From positions 30,814,001 through 30,878,000 of the forward strand of contig CATNEN010000038.1 in NCBI GenBank assembly GCA_950097015.1: a stretch of DNA of 64,000 nt, given 5' to 3'. Shown piece after piece: positions 1-11,800 of the stretch. The notes below the pieces were generated by a model, which had not been told where the DNA came from, searched no databases, and saw nothing but the letters and a program-made list of their open reading frames with translations. The position numbers were made by a program, and so were the translations under genes. This stretch comes from Macrostomum hystrix (Eukaryota; Animalia; Platyhelminthes). Numbering within the stretch: the stretch's first letter is position 1; the number at the start of each line of letters is the position of its first letter.

Positions 1-3000
1 AGAATGCCGTTCGAAGTTGATTCTGATTCGCACCGGTCCTAGGCTAATGAAATCTCGTCTCAATATGTTGTTGTAGAAAGGAATATCCGTTAATAGTCGG
101 TGCTCGGTTACCGACGAAATTCCGCAGCAGATTTTCGACGTTTGCGGCTGAAGGCCCACGTTGGTATCGACTGGAGAGCCAGCCTGAATCATCAGAGTCC
201 AGTTGCGAAGCGTTTCTGGGCTGATGCTTGTATTTGTGCGCATTTCGTAAGAACATGAGCATCCAGGTGCACTAAATTGCTGCCCAGAAAGTCTGTTTGC
301 GAAATGAGCAAGGAAAAAAAGGGAAATTTGTGTAGTATAAGCGCCTAAGTATATTCTAGTAGTAAAAGTAGTAAAATTAACAGATTCTTTTGTGGTATTG
401 TTAGTAGTGTCATGACTTCCCCATTCTCTCTGTTCTTGTTTACGCTCACACGACCTCATATTCTACTTTCTACTCTCTTCCCCTATCTTTTCAAATTCTT
501 AGCTAACTTTCACTTCTCTTTCCTCTCATTCGTCTCTGATTGGCTAGCTGCTCGTCCCTCTTTCCTCACCCCTTTCTTTTCAGCTCTAACCCTCTGGTCC
601 GTCCTTATCTCTTGGTAAATACGAGTATATTTGATTCTCAGCCTAAAGGGCTTTTGCCTCCCGTTTTCGATTCGTTCAGTGCCGTAATTTCAGTAAGAAA
701 GATTTCCTACTCTGACACATCAACCAGAGTCTGCTTGATGGTCACTCCGTAGTTTTCGTCCAAAGGTTGTATAAACCATTCGCAACTGGTCTTCTGTTTC
801 CGACTCATTCGATCTTGGAGTATCATTTCATATCTGTTAGTAACTTGCGGCTTGGCACAGTCAGTGTGGACCGGTTCTGAAACAAGGCCAGGTAGTCAGT
901 ACTGAAAAAACAACTAATAGAGAAAGAACGTATTTGAAATAGCCCTTTTAGTTTTTTTTTTAACTTGGTAGTTAAAAAACTGCAAGCATCCCTGGTAGAA
1001 AGATTACCGTCCAATAGTGTGTACAGCATGACGAAGCCAACCGAGTTAAGGGACGTGCGGCTGATGACTTTCACGTCCAGATAGCCCGCATAAGCGAGTG
1101 CAACTAGGCTGATAGGGCCGCTACCGCAGAAGCAGTGTGTTTGACGTTCGTTCAAAACGTCAGTGTAGGTGACCCTGATATCCAGGCTGCTTGGCAGACA
1201 GCATGCTTCTGAAATAGAACCAACCAAATAAATTTCATTTATTTCCCTGTGCAAATCAATAAATAGACGATTTATTTCCATGGAGGAAAGAATAGAATGG
1301 AGTGCTATTCTGAGCCTCCAAAACCTAGGTCCTTAATCCAAAACCTAGGTCCTTAATCCAAAACCTAGGTCCTTAATCCAAAACCTAGGTCCTTAATCCA
1401 AGACTTAGGGCCTTAATCCAAGACTTAGGGATTAGCTATTTTTGTTTCGCCTAATTTTCACTTTTAGCATCCTTGCCCCCCGTTCATTCCTATTGGCTCG
1501 TGAACGCCATAGAAAAATGCGTTTCATTATTATCTGCTCTATTAAAAAAGTTTCAATTAAATGCTTGCCACTATGGCAGCGAAGGGTATGTCCGCTTAGT
1601 TGAGCTAGTTGCTCGAAAATGCGTTTGTCTATGGCACTTTTGACACAGAGTGGGCCAGTGAGGAATACCATATTTTCCATTTATTTCGGCTGTCTATGGT
1701 GAAAGGCGATCGGGGCGAAATTTGCGCCTCGAGCCTTCCACACTTAGGCGCCGAAAAAATGGAAAATCAATGACCAATATGAGTATAAAAATATATAGCT
1801 TTTGTCATGCTATCTCAGCCTAGAGACATCCAAACTCAGCCAGTCCCATTCCGCAATGCGTTTTTTTGGCTCGAGCTAGTCGACTTTTACCATAGACATG
1901 CTTCTTAAGGCCATGCTATCTCAGCCTGGGACATGCAATCTCAGCCAATATAGATTTCAATTGCAAACAGATCTCAATGCTATCATTTCTGTAACGTGAC
2001 ATGAAATGGCAACAAACAGCAATGAATGAACGCAACAAGAAAAGTCAGTAAGGGTACGCAACAACGGACAAAGTCAGTAAGACGCTCAGTGCTCAGCCTA
2101 GTTGAAAGGCTGCTCTGCGATACACTGCGGGAAGTTCCGATTGCAGTGAATCTTCCATCTGGCCACCTTTAGCGGCGTCACAGCATCTAGCGCGACTCGG
2201 CCCACTCGCTCCAAGAGAATGAGGCGCCAAGCTTCGCAGGTGACCCCATCGGGTCGGCCACCAGCCTCCTCCTCCACCAGTGCAGGGTCAGCTAGCTGCA
2301 GCTTGATCGAGGCCTTCACTGCGCTGTGGGCCATTTCGCAGGGGTTTAGAAAAGGTGAGTAGGCGGGCAACAGATGAAGCTCAAACTGGTGGCGATGCTG
2401 CTCCGGCACTGCCACACCACGGTGAAAGGTGGGGCCATCGCAGACAATGACGACTCTGGCATTGCCGATCTGCGGGACAACTTGTTCAACAAGGTCGTTG
2501 ACGAAGTGCTGAAATCTCTCCTTCGTCTGGCCTCCCCTGAAAAACTCGCTTTTCACCAGCCCCAAAGCGGAAGACACGGCCAGGCAGATCGAGAGATTTG
2601 GACCCCTCTGGGTCGGGCATCGGCGCCTCACTGGCTGACCCCGTCGTGACCACCCTTGCGATCTGCGAGTCCACAGGTTGTAACCCGTTTCGTCGATGTA
2701 GACGACCACCGTGTCCTGTTGCAGTTCGGTCATGAGCAGCGCGTACTCGCGTCTCTTCTCGATCACCCCCTGCGAGTTTGCGCTCAGTCGGATGTCAGTG
2801 TTCTTGGTAGCGATCTTGAACGTGTACAAAGCCCCTTCCAAGGCTCTGGCCAGTGTCTTGATGGTGACAGGCGGCTTGTTGGGAAGCTGGGCACTCAGCT
2901 TCGTGCGCAATGCTTTCAGCGTCGCCAGGGGGTTCACATCCACGAAAGCAATAAGCGCCTGGCGCATCTCCTCATCGAACTTGCATGAGCCAATCTTTCT

Positions 3001-6000
3001 TCCCCCTCGCGGGAGGGCATCCACCCGGCCCGTTGCTTCATAAATCCTGACGATATGCCGAGCTGTCTTCATATTCATGCGAAGAACTTTGGCGGCCACA
3101 CGTAGGTCCTGACCTTCCGTCCACGCAGCAATCAGTCGTCTTCTGTCTTCGTCGCTTGTTGTTCTCATTCTGTTTCATTTGCTTCGATCACAGACTAAGC
3201 CACAGACAGCTTGACATAGCATCTGAAAAGTGGCTGAGATTGCATGTCCCAGGCTGAGATAGCATGGCCTTAAGAAGCATGTCTATGGTAAAAGTCGACT
3301 GGCTTACGTAAAAAATCGCACTGTCGAGATGGGCTGGCTGAGTTTGGATGTCTCTAGGCTGAGATAGCATGACAAATACTATACTACTTGTGGTCCTTGT
3401 GAAAAACATTATACATTTCTCTATAATCCATTTCTCATTATTTCGGAAGTGACTTGAAGAAGCTTCTAAAAACGACTTTAGACATAAGTAGAGAAATCAG
3501 TATGCTTGCCGCTATGTAAATTAAGCGACAGGCATCCAAGCCTTCTCTCCGCCGCTGCGCCGAAATGATAGTGGCCTCGCCGCGGAATCGAGCTAAGGAA
3601 CTCTTGGTGCGGGAGTCAGACATATCATACGTCTTACATTGGTGACATACGCTAATAGTACCTTAATTTTCACTTTGAGTGGTAAATGAAGGACATCATG
3701 CTAGACGATTCTAAACAGTGGCAACTTACTAGAAGGAAGTTCGCTCTCGGTAGGTAGCGTCATGATGTTGTCGACGCTCCCGTAGCGAATTGAAATGTTC
3801 ATAACTTTTCCCTGATTCACTAACCAATGCCATAGACAATTGGTATTGCTTTGAAGAGACGAAAATACCAATAAACCTTTGTCTTGGTTCGCTTGAACGC
3901 AGTTGAATGCTGAAACAGTAAAAAACATCGCGTAAAATATGCGCGCTCTAACACAGATTGTGCATTTGAATTTAGCACAAATCAGAAAGTGATTTTATGC
4001 TTAACACATGCTTGTACATACAAATAGTATTCTCCAGTCCTGGGAGCTGGTAAGCTTGAGATTGAGGAATAAAGTACCACAACAGGTGGAAGCCGCGAGA
4101 TGAAATTGAGCTATCAGTGGCAAATCTAATCGAGACATCACTGCTGCTAGTGAAGTAGGCTAGATGGAGACTGTGGCAGGCCACCCTAACCATCCGCCTG
4201 CCGCTGAGAATGTCGGTGTACTCAATTGTCAGGTTGTCGAAGCGGCACACAGAATAAGCCACACTGCTAGTCTCCAATTCTAGCGACAAAACTCGGAAGT
4301 AAATCATCGTGAGGTTGTCAGGATTCCTTATCGTCCAACGGCAGTTCATATTCGATCTGTACGATGAAGTGTTGATGGTCAGGAACTCGGGATGCGAGAC
4401 CAGTTGGCCTCCGGAAAGTGCATCTATTCCGTCCAGTGTGAGGTTTGATAAGGGCTCTATGGTTGTGCATATAGGCTTTGAAGAATTGCCGGTAACTGAA
4501 ATGGACGTTGCGAGTTTGCTTGTCTAGCTCCCGACCGACTGACACAGATATCATGACACCGTTTTTAGAAGAGAAGAATACAGAATACAGAAGAGAAGTA
4601 TTCAGTACTGGTCTTCACTCTCCAATCGACAATAGTCTATTATCTCCGTTTCTCTGTGTACATGTTTGTACATTAGTCTGGTTCGGTCTGGCTTGGGTGG
4701 GGTGTTCACCTATATTCCTATCCATCCTTTCCACTTTCTCTTCCTAATTGGGAGTAAAAATCGATTTGAACGCTCTGAAATCTGCAATTCTTGAACTGGA
4801 CATAAAAACCTTCAACCGAATGCAAAAAGTTATAATAATAACACTATCGCACACCAATGAGTGCGTGCAATTACCACTAGCGTTAACTGATTGCCAGGCC
4901 AGTTCAGCTTGGGTCTCATTCAGATGCAACCATTCGATGTCGAATCCTTGCGAACCGACAGAAGAGTCAGTCCGAAAGGCCACCTGAATACTGGAATTAC
5001 TCAGATAGGCGAGTTCGCGAATCGGGGCGCAAAACAATAGGGTGGTGGGTCGGCCAGAGATCACATCGTAGAAGTGTAGCGTCAAGTTGTCGAAGTTGCA
5101 AGTCGGGTAACCGGAAGCGTGCTCCAACTGCAGGAACCGGATGTACAACAGGATGTACTGCTTCTTCATGGGGATGTTCCACGAGCAGTTAAGATTGTTC
5201 TGATAAATTGCGTGTCTTGTAAAGTTTGGCTTTAACGTGAACTCTTCATGCGACAACAGCATACCACCTGGACTAGAGAGGTTGAAAAGGTTGGCCTCTG
5301 GTGCTTCCTTAAGGCTTGCGCACTGAGATCCGCCTGCAGTCAAAAAGGGTATCGGTTGAGCGAAGAGACCGACCATCCAATACTCTGATCGTTATGTTTT
5401 GAATTATATTTTTCGCGAAATTACTCACGGCTAGAGTTCAGTATTTCTGCAGCTAAAGACTCATTGACAAATGCCCACTGAAGGTGAAATCCCCGATAGC
5501 TCACACTCGAGTCAGTCTTGAACTGGATTTTAACATTGGACGCGCTCAATAGAAACCTGTTGTCGGCGGATTCGCAGAAATTACGGTGAACCTCCAGGCC
5601 GGTATTGAAATCGACGTATTGAAATATCAGAGCGTCAAATTGACAGTTGGTAGATGACTCAAGCATTATTCTGGATATGCGGATGAGCAAGATGAGGCTG
5701 TCTTGCCTAGCTATAGTCCACGAACAGTTCAGGTTGTGCTCGTGCACCGAAGCGCTGTTGTTGAAATAGTTTGGCTGGGAAGTGAGATCCCATCCGTTCA
5801 AGCCGGGTGTTTTAAACTGATTAGCAACTGGAAAAGGCTGCCCACAGGTCATCGGAGAATTGCTAGAGCTATCTGTGCGTCGAAAATTGTCAAGTGATGA
5901 GCTAGTAGTACTCGGCTTAGTGGTTGTTGTCGGTAAGGCAGGCCTTGTCGTTGCTTTAGTGGAAGTAGACGTCGAACTAGCTACTCGTAGTGGGACAGTA

Positions 6001-6675
6001 GCTTGATCGTGAAGTTCTTTCCACCTCAGGTATTCCATATGCTCAAATCTTTCTTCATCGTATGGGCTTGCCTCTGTGAACTCTTGAGTGTTGGGGAGTA
6101 AAGTGCATTCATAATTTTATAAAAAACCATCCTTTACCGTTTAGCAATTTGGCCAACATTTTTCTAGTCACGCTATACTCTCGAAAAGTAATAAAAAATC
6201 TGGTAACAGAAAAAGTCAGGTAATTTTTCAATTACTTTGGCTATAATGCGAGCTAGTCTCTTATCAAAGCTCGAAGAAACAAAACAAAATCGTTTTTATA
6301 ATTGCAATCGAAAATAATCTTGCACCATAAAGCTTAAAATGCTGCTTCGCATTACTGCCACTTTGAGTAGCTTGTGTAGGACATGTGTGACTTTTCATAT
6401 CTTTCTTAAATTATCGGCAAGCATATGCCTTTCCTTTACAAAAAAATCGTTTACTTTTTGTTTTTAATTGTTCTATTTAACTGAGAAAAATCACATTCGA
6501 GTTTAAAATCAAATATTAAACTGTATTTTTATTTGCCAATAAATCAATGTGTCTACAGGCTTTGACTTCTTCACAATGGAGTTAAAAATCAAGCTATGAA
6601 AGCGAACTCACCCGTCAGTTTAATGAGGAGTATCACAATGAGCAGAGGCCATGACACGTTTAAAAGCTTTATCAT
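1..6675 (-). CDS. Multi-exon gene for a secreted/cell-surface protein with tandem CUB domains (3' end runs off the left edge)
   Basis: Candidate signal-peptide exon 6675-6612 (MIKLLNVSWPLLIVILLIKLT, donor GTGAGT). Three clear CUB exons at ~6075-5429, 5333-4875 and ~4495-4010, each with N-x-N-C-x-W-x-I, C-x-FD-x-L and F-x-TDSS-x-x-x-x-GF motifs. More degenerate CUB-like open segments at ~3945-3700, ~1290-990, ~840-710 and ~293-1. Several exon boundaries are approximate. Confidence 0.8.
1318..1430. repeat. 20-bp minisatellite (CCAAAACCTAGGTCCTTAAT)n, ~5.5 copies, in a CUB-gene intron
   Basis: Direct tandem copies visible. Confidence 0.95.
1796..3381 (-). mobile_element. Full-length IS630-Tc1-mariner (ITm) DNA transposon with ~150-bp TIRs and TA target-site duplication, inserted in a CUB-gene intron
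   Basis: Left TIR 1796-1947 is the reverse complement of right TIR 3231-3381 apart from a diverged ~30-bp middle. TA flanks at 1794-1795 and 3382-3383. Encloses an intact transposase ORF. Confidence 0.93.
2098..3168 (-). CDS. DDE transposase (IS630/Tc1 type), 356 aa, intronless
   Basis: N-terminal HTH region with a PRGG linker; catalytic motifs YIDETG, IVCDGPTFH and LPAYSPFLNPCE; 33 residues between the second D and E. Confidence 0.93.
   Translation of the reverse strand: MRTTSDEDRRRLIAAWTEGQDLRVAAKVLRMNMKTARHIVRIYEATGRVDALPRGGRKIGSCKFDEEMRQALIAFVDVNPLATLKALRTKLSAQLPNKPPVTIKTLARALEGALYTFKIATKNTDIRLSANSQGVIEKRREYALLMTELQQDTVVVYIDETGYNLWTRRSQGWSRRGQPVRRRCPTQRGPNLSICLAVSSALGLVKSEFFRGGQTKERFQHFVNDLVEQVVPQIGNARVVIVCDGPTFHRGVAVPEQHRHQFELHLLPAYSPFLNPCEMAHSAVKASIKLQLADPALVEEEAGGRPDGVTCEAWRLILLERVGRVALDAVTPLKVARWKIHCNRNFPQCIAEQPFN
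3520..3622 (-). mobile_element. 5' fragment of SINE family B
   Basis: Matches the copies at 16260-16570 and 51927-52240 (CAAGCCTTCTCTCCGC...GTGGCCTCGCCGCGGAATCGAGC). Confidence 0.75.
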
Positions 6676-7262
6676 AGCTCTAGAATTAGATTGATTTCAT
6701 ATATAAGCTAATGCAACTGCAATCTAGTCCAGAATTTCATGACAGCAAGGATTGAGATCGCACTAGTTATACAAGGCCGGCTGCCGAATGAACAAGTGGC
6801 TTTTACTGCGGTTTACTGATTCGTTGGCAAATTGCACAATAAGCTTACTTAATCTAGCTGGGCGCATCATTAACAATTTACAGTGCACTAGTCTCTATAC
6901 TGATGATTTAGCAAAAGCAAAACTGAATTTTATAAATTGCTGATAAAATCGGCAGCATCTTTCGCAGCAAAGCAACAACAAGCTGTGAAGCGGCGCGACC
7001 CTAGCAGCCAACCGGAAGCGTGAAAATAGGCGATAGAACAACATTGCTCAACTATGCTGTACACTGGTTAGCAACGTAAATCTAGATTAGGACCAACGTC
7101 CAAAATACCTGCCTAGAGAAACTGTTTAAAATTTGAGCTTCACTGACAACTATACTGCCATTAATTTATTGTGATTGCTTACCCCATAACTGTATGCAAT
7201 GGCTTACAACTTTCAAAGGAGCTAGCTAATGTTAACTTAAAATGTAAAAATCTAAATGAATA

Positions 7263-7836
7263 CGTGGATATTAGACATTTATCTGTGGATGTCAGACATT
7301 TGTCGATGGATGTCAAAAACACTCGTCTGTGGATGTCAGACATTTGTCAGTGGATGTCAGACATTTGTCAGTGGATGTCAGACATTTGTCAGTGGATGTC
7401 AGACATTTGTCAGTGGATGTCAGAAATTTGTCTATTCGTCAGTGGATGTAAGACATTCGTCTGTGGATGTCAAACACTTGTCAGTGGATGTCAGAAATTT
7501 GTCTATTTGTCAGTGGATGTAAGACATTCGTCTGTGGATGTCAAACATTTGTCAGTGGATGTCAGAAATTTGTCAGTGGATGTCAGACATTGTCAGTGGA
7601 TGTCAGAAATTTGTCAGTGGATGTCAGACATTGTCTGTGGATGTCAGACATTTGTCTGTTGATGTCAAACATTTGTCAGTGGATGTCAGAAATTTGTCTA
7701 TGGATGTCAAAAATTGGTCTGTGGATGTCAGAAATTTGTCAGTGGATGTCAGACATTAGTATGTGGATGTCAGATATTGGTATATGGATGTCAGACATTA
7801 GTATGTGGATGTCAGATATTTATCTATTGATGTCAG
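7263..7836. repeat. 21-bp minisatellite (TGTCAGTGGATGTCAGACATT)n
   Basis: Tandem copies visible; accounts for the repetitive ORFs at 7171-7907. Confidence 0.95.
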
Positions 7837-8234
7837 TGCAGATCGTGAATAGTATAGCCATAAAATGGGAAGCAATGAATACACTAAATATTCAAAATTT
7901 CAAATGATTAAAATTGTTATTGAGTCGATTTCGCTTCCTATTTTCCATTTAAGGTGCAAGAAAAGATATTTCAGCAGCAGATTTCCAATATAATTGAAGG
8001 CGCGATCAACAATGCATAGGGACAGAGTCAAAAGCCTTTATAAAGCACAAAATGCACATTATTGTTTTTCGTATTTAAACTTTACCATCAGAACACTGCA
8101 GATTTAAAGAGAACGATATGGCATAACTGTTCGCTAATTTAAAGAACATTAAGTCGATTAAAACATCTTCAGACAGTTTTGAAATTATAAATCATGTCAT
8201 AAGACACAATGCCTTCCGTATGTCATCCACTACT

Positions 8235-8730
8235 TACAGTGTATAATTCGCTACTTTCAGTCTGTAATTCGCTACTCTCAGTATGTGATTCGCTTCTTTC
8301 AGTGTGTAATTTGCCACTTTCAGCATGACATTCGCTACTTTCAGTACGCTATTCGCTACTCTGAATGTGTCGTTCGCTACTTTTAGTCTGTAATTCGCTA
8401 CTCTCAGTATGTAATTCGCTACTCTCAGTATGTGATTCGCTACTTTCAGTGTGTAATTCGCTACTATCAGTATGTGATTCGCTACTTTCAGTACATTATT
8501 CGCTACTCTGATTACTCTCAGTATGTGATTCACTACTTTCAGTATGTCATTCGCTACTCTGATTATGTTGTTCGCCAATTTCAGTATGTAATTCGATACT
8601 TTCAGTATGTGATTCGCTACTCTCAGAATGTGATTCTCTACTTTCAGAATGTCATTCGCTACTTTCAGTATGTCATTCGCTACTTCCATAATGTCATTCG
8701 CTACTTTCAGTATGTCGTTCGCTACTTTCA
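8235..8730. repeat. 21-bp minisatellite (TTCGCTACTTTCAGTATGTGA)n, just downstream of the ASTE1 stop
   Basis: Tandem copies visible; accounts for the VANxILK and VIRYFQY ORFs. Confidence 0.95.
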
Positions 8731-8805
8731 TGTCACAAACCTGCTTTCAGTTTGTCACTCGCTACCATTAGACCAACCATCAAATCACTTTAGGATTTAT
8801 TAAAT

Positions 8806-11800
8806 TTAAATCAGTGCCACAGCTTGGTTGAAGATGGCGGTCAGTTGACTTCGACGAACCAGCAGCTCGGAGAGGAAGAGAATCCCGTCTTTGCGCGAAT
8901 CCACATCGTTGGCCAGATTGTAAAGGAACCTTCCAGACAGGTACTCGGACACCGATGGCAGGCTGAGAGCGGCAGGCGCGTGTGACTGGGCCAGCAGATT
9001 GGCTGAGAGCAATGTGGCCTGGAGAATAGTGAGTATGATAGACAAGAAAAATAGACAAGAAAAATTTACCAAGGAAAATGTCTCAGAGAATATGCGAGTA
9101 GATGAGAGAGGTTAAGTAGATAAGAGAGGGAGAGTAGATAAGAGAGGGAGAGTAGATAGGAGAGGAAGAGTAGATAAGAGAGGGAGAGAAGATAAGAGAG
9201 GAAGAGTAGATAGGAGTGGGAAAGTAGATAGGAGAGGGAGAGTAGATAAGAGAGGGAGAGTAGATTGGAGAGGGAGAGTAGATAGGAGTGGGAGAGTAGA
9301 TAGGAGAGGGAGAGTAGATAAGAGAGGGAGAGTAGATTGGAGAGGGAGAGTAGATAGGAGTGGGAGAGTAGATAGGAGAGGAAGAGTAGATTGGAGAGGA
9401 AGAGTAGATAAGAGAGGGAGAGTAGATAAGAGAGAGAAGATAAGAGAGGAAGAGTAGATAAGAGAGGGAGAGAAGATAAGAGAGGGAGAGTAGATAGGGG
9501 AGGGAGAGTAGATAGGAGAGGAAGAGTAGATAGGAGAGGAAGAGTAGATAAGAGAGGAAGAGTAGATAAGAGAGGGAGAGTAGATAAGAGAGGAAGAGTA
9601 GATAAGAGAGGGAGAGTAGATAGGAGAGGGAGAGTAGATAGGAGAGGAAGAGTAGATAAGAGAGGAAGAGTAGATAGGAGAGGGAGAGTAGATAGGAGAG
9701 GAAGAGTAGATAAGAGACGGAGAGTAGATAAGAGAGAGAGAGAAGATGAGAGTTAGCAGGCTCACCTGGAAGTGTGATATGCAGTGAACCAGCTGTAGAT
9801 CATAGCCAATCCGATGGTTGATAACTGGCGGCTCGGCATACTTGGCCAGCACAGTGGCTCGCTGGCGCTTCAGCGAGTCGGCATCAGCCCCGGATTCGTC
9901 CGTAGCCAGACAGTGAGCCAGCCTGTGCAGACAGCTGGCTAGGAGAGCTAGACACACCGACTGGCAGGTTCTGGGTGGCAGACTGGAGTTGGCCAGCAGT
10001 AGGCGACGCGAGGCCAAGGCGGAGTACAGAACTGTAGAATCGAAATAAGGGTGGCTGGCTGATAAATATGTGGAATGCGGTTAAAATTTACACTTGGAGA
10101 CACAATGTGCATCGTTCGGGAGGCTGTACTTTTGGGAGCAGGGGTTATCGATCGGAGGATTTGATATTGATATTTGATATTTTGGGGCAAATCAATTAGG
10201 TGCACTATCGGGGGTAGGGGCCTTATCGATCGGGGTATGTACGCTCGGGGGGCAGGGGCGTTATCGATTGGGGTATGTACGCTCGGGGGGCAGGGGCGTT
10301 ATCGATCGGGGTATGTACGCTCGGGGGGCAGGGGCGATATCGATCGGGGATGTACACTCATGCATTTAGCAGCAGGGGGTTATTGATAAGGGAATGTACT
10401 TTCGAGGGCAGGGTTATCGATCGGAGGATGTACGTTTGGGGGTGGGGATTATCGACTGGAGGATGCATGTACGTTCGTTTTGGGGGCAGGGTTATTGATA
10501 GGAGGATGTACATTCAGGGGCAGCCAGGAACTATTACTAGGACGATGTACCTAAGCGAAATAATCTCACCTATTCTCAAGCCAGCATGAGAAACAGCGCC
10601 AGACAACGGGTCGCCCGGATAGCCCAACTTGGCGGCCAGGCAACCCGCAGCATCATCGCAGCAGCCGCGGCAGCGCGTTTCGCTCGGCCACGTTGGCAAA
10701 GTCAATTCTGACTTTTTCAAAGAGCCGCCAACTCGACGATGCTCGACCACAACAGGCTGAGCGGCCAGACGGCCTATTGAGGCCAGCCGCATTGAGTAGG
10801 CTAGGCAGCGCAGCTCAGCGGTGTCATCGAATGTGCACGGCTGCGATGGATCCTCGATGCCAACAGGCAGGTAAATCTGGCCGTGCTGGGCAATGTCCAG
10901 GAACAGAAGTGACGTCCGACCTGGAGATTTTCGGATTTCAATTGAATTGCATTCTACAAATACAATGGCGATAAGTATATCATAAATGAACGACAGTTAA
11001 AAACCGATTCTTATTAACTTTTTTATAAGAAACAACATTTAGTACTTAAATAAATCCTAGTGTTAACCATTGCACGTCCTAATCTTCTAATCTGGCACAT
11101 TAGTCTTCATATCAAACATCCCAGGCTCTCAAAATCTCACCCATTCTAGCAACTCAAGCTTTCAAAATCTCACCCCCTTCTAGAAACACAGGCTTTTAAA
11201 ATCTCACCCCACTCTAGAAACACAGGCTTTCAAAATATAACCCTCTTTTAGAAACACAGGCTTTCAAAATCTAACCCTCTTTTAGAAACACAGGCTTTCA
11301 AAATCTAACCCTCTTTTAGAAACACAGGCTTTTAAAATCTCACCCCACTCTAGAAACACAGGCTTTTAAAATCTCACCCCACTCTAGAAACACAGGCTTT
11401 CAAAATATAACCCTCTTTTAGAAACACAGGCTTTTAAAATCTCACCCCACTCTAGAAACACAGGCTTTCAAAATCTAACCCTCTTTTAGAAACACAGGCT
11501 TTCAAAATCTAACCCTCTTTTAGAAACACAGGCTTTTAAAATCTCACCCCACTCTAGAAACACAGGCTTTCAAAATCTAACCCTCTTTTAGAAACACAGG
11601 CTTTTAAAATCTAACCCTCTTTTAGAAACACAGGCTTTCAAAATCTAACCCTCTTTTAGAAACACAGGCTTTTAAAATCTAACCCTCTTTTAGAAACACA
11701 GGCTTTCAAAATCTCACCCCACTCTAGAAACACAGGCTTTTAAAATCTCACCCCACTCTAGAAACACAGGCTTTCAAAATATAACCCTCTTTTAGAAACA

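Noticed and set aside
2374-3043. Plus-strand ORFs overlapping the transposase (and similar antisense ORFs over other exons)
   Set aside because: These are shadow ORFs of GC-rich coding sequence with no recognisable motifs.
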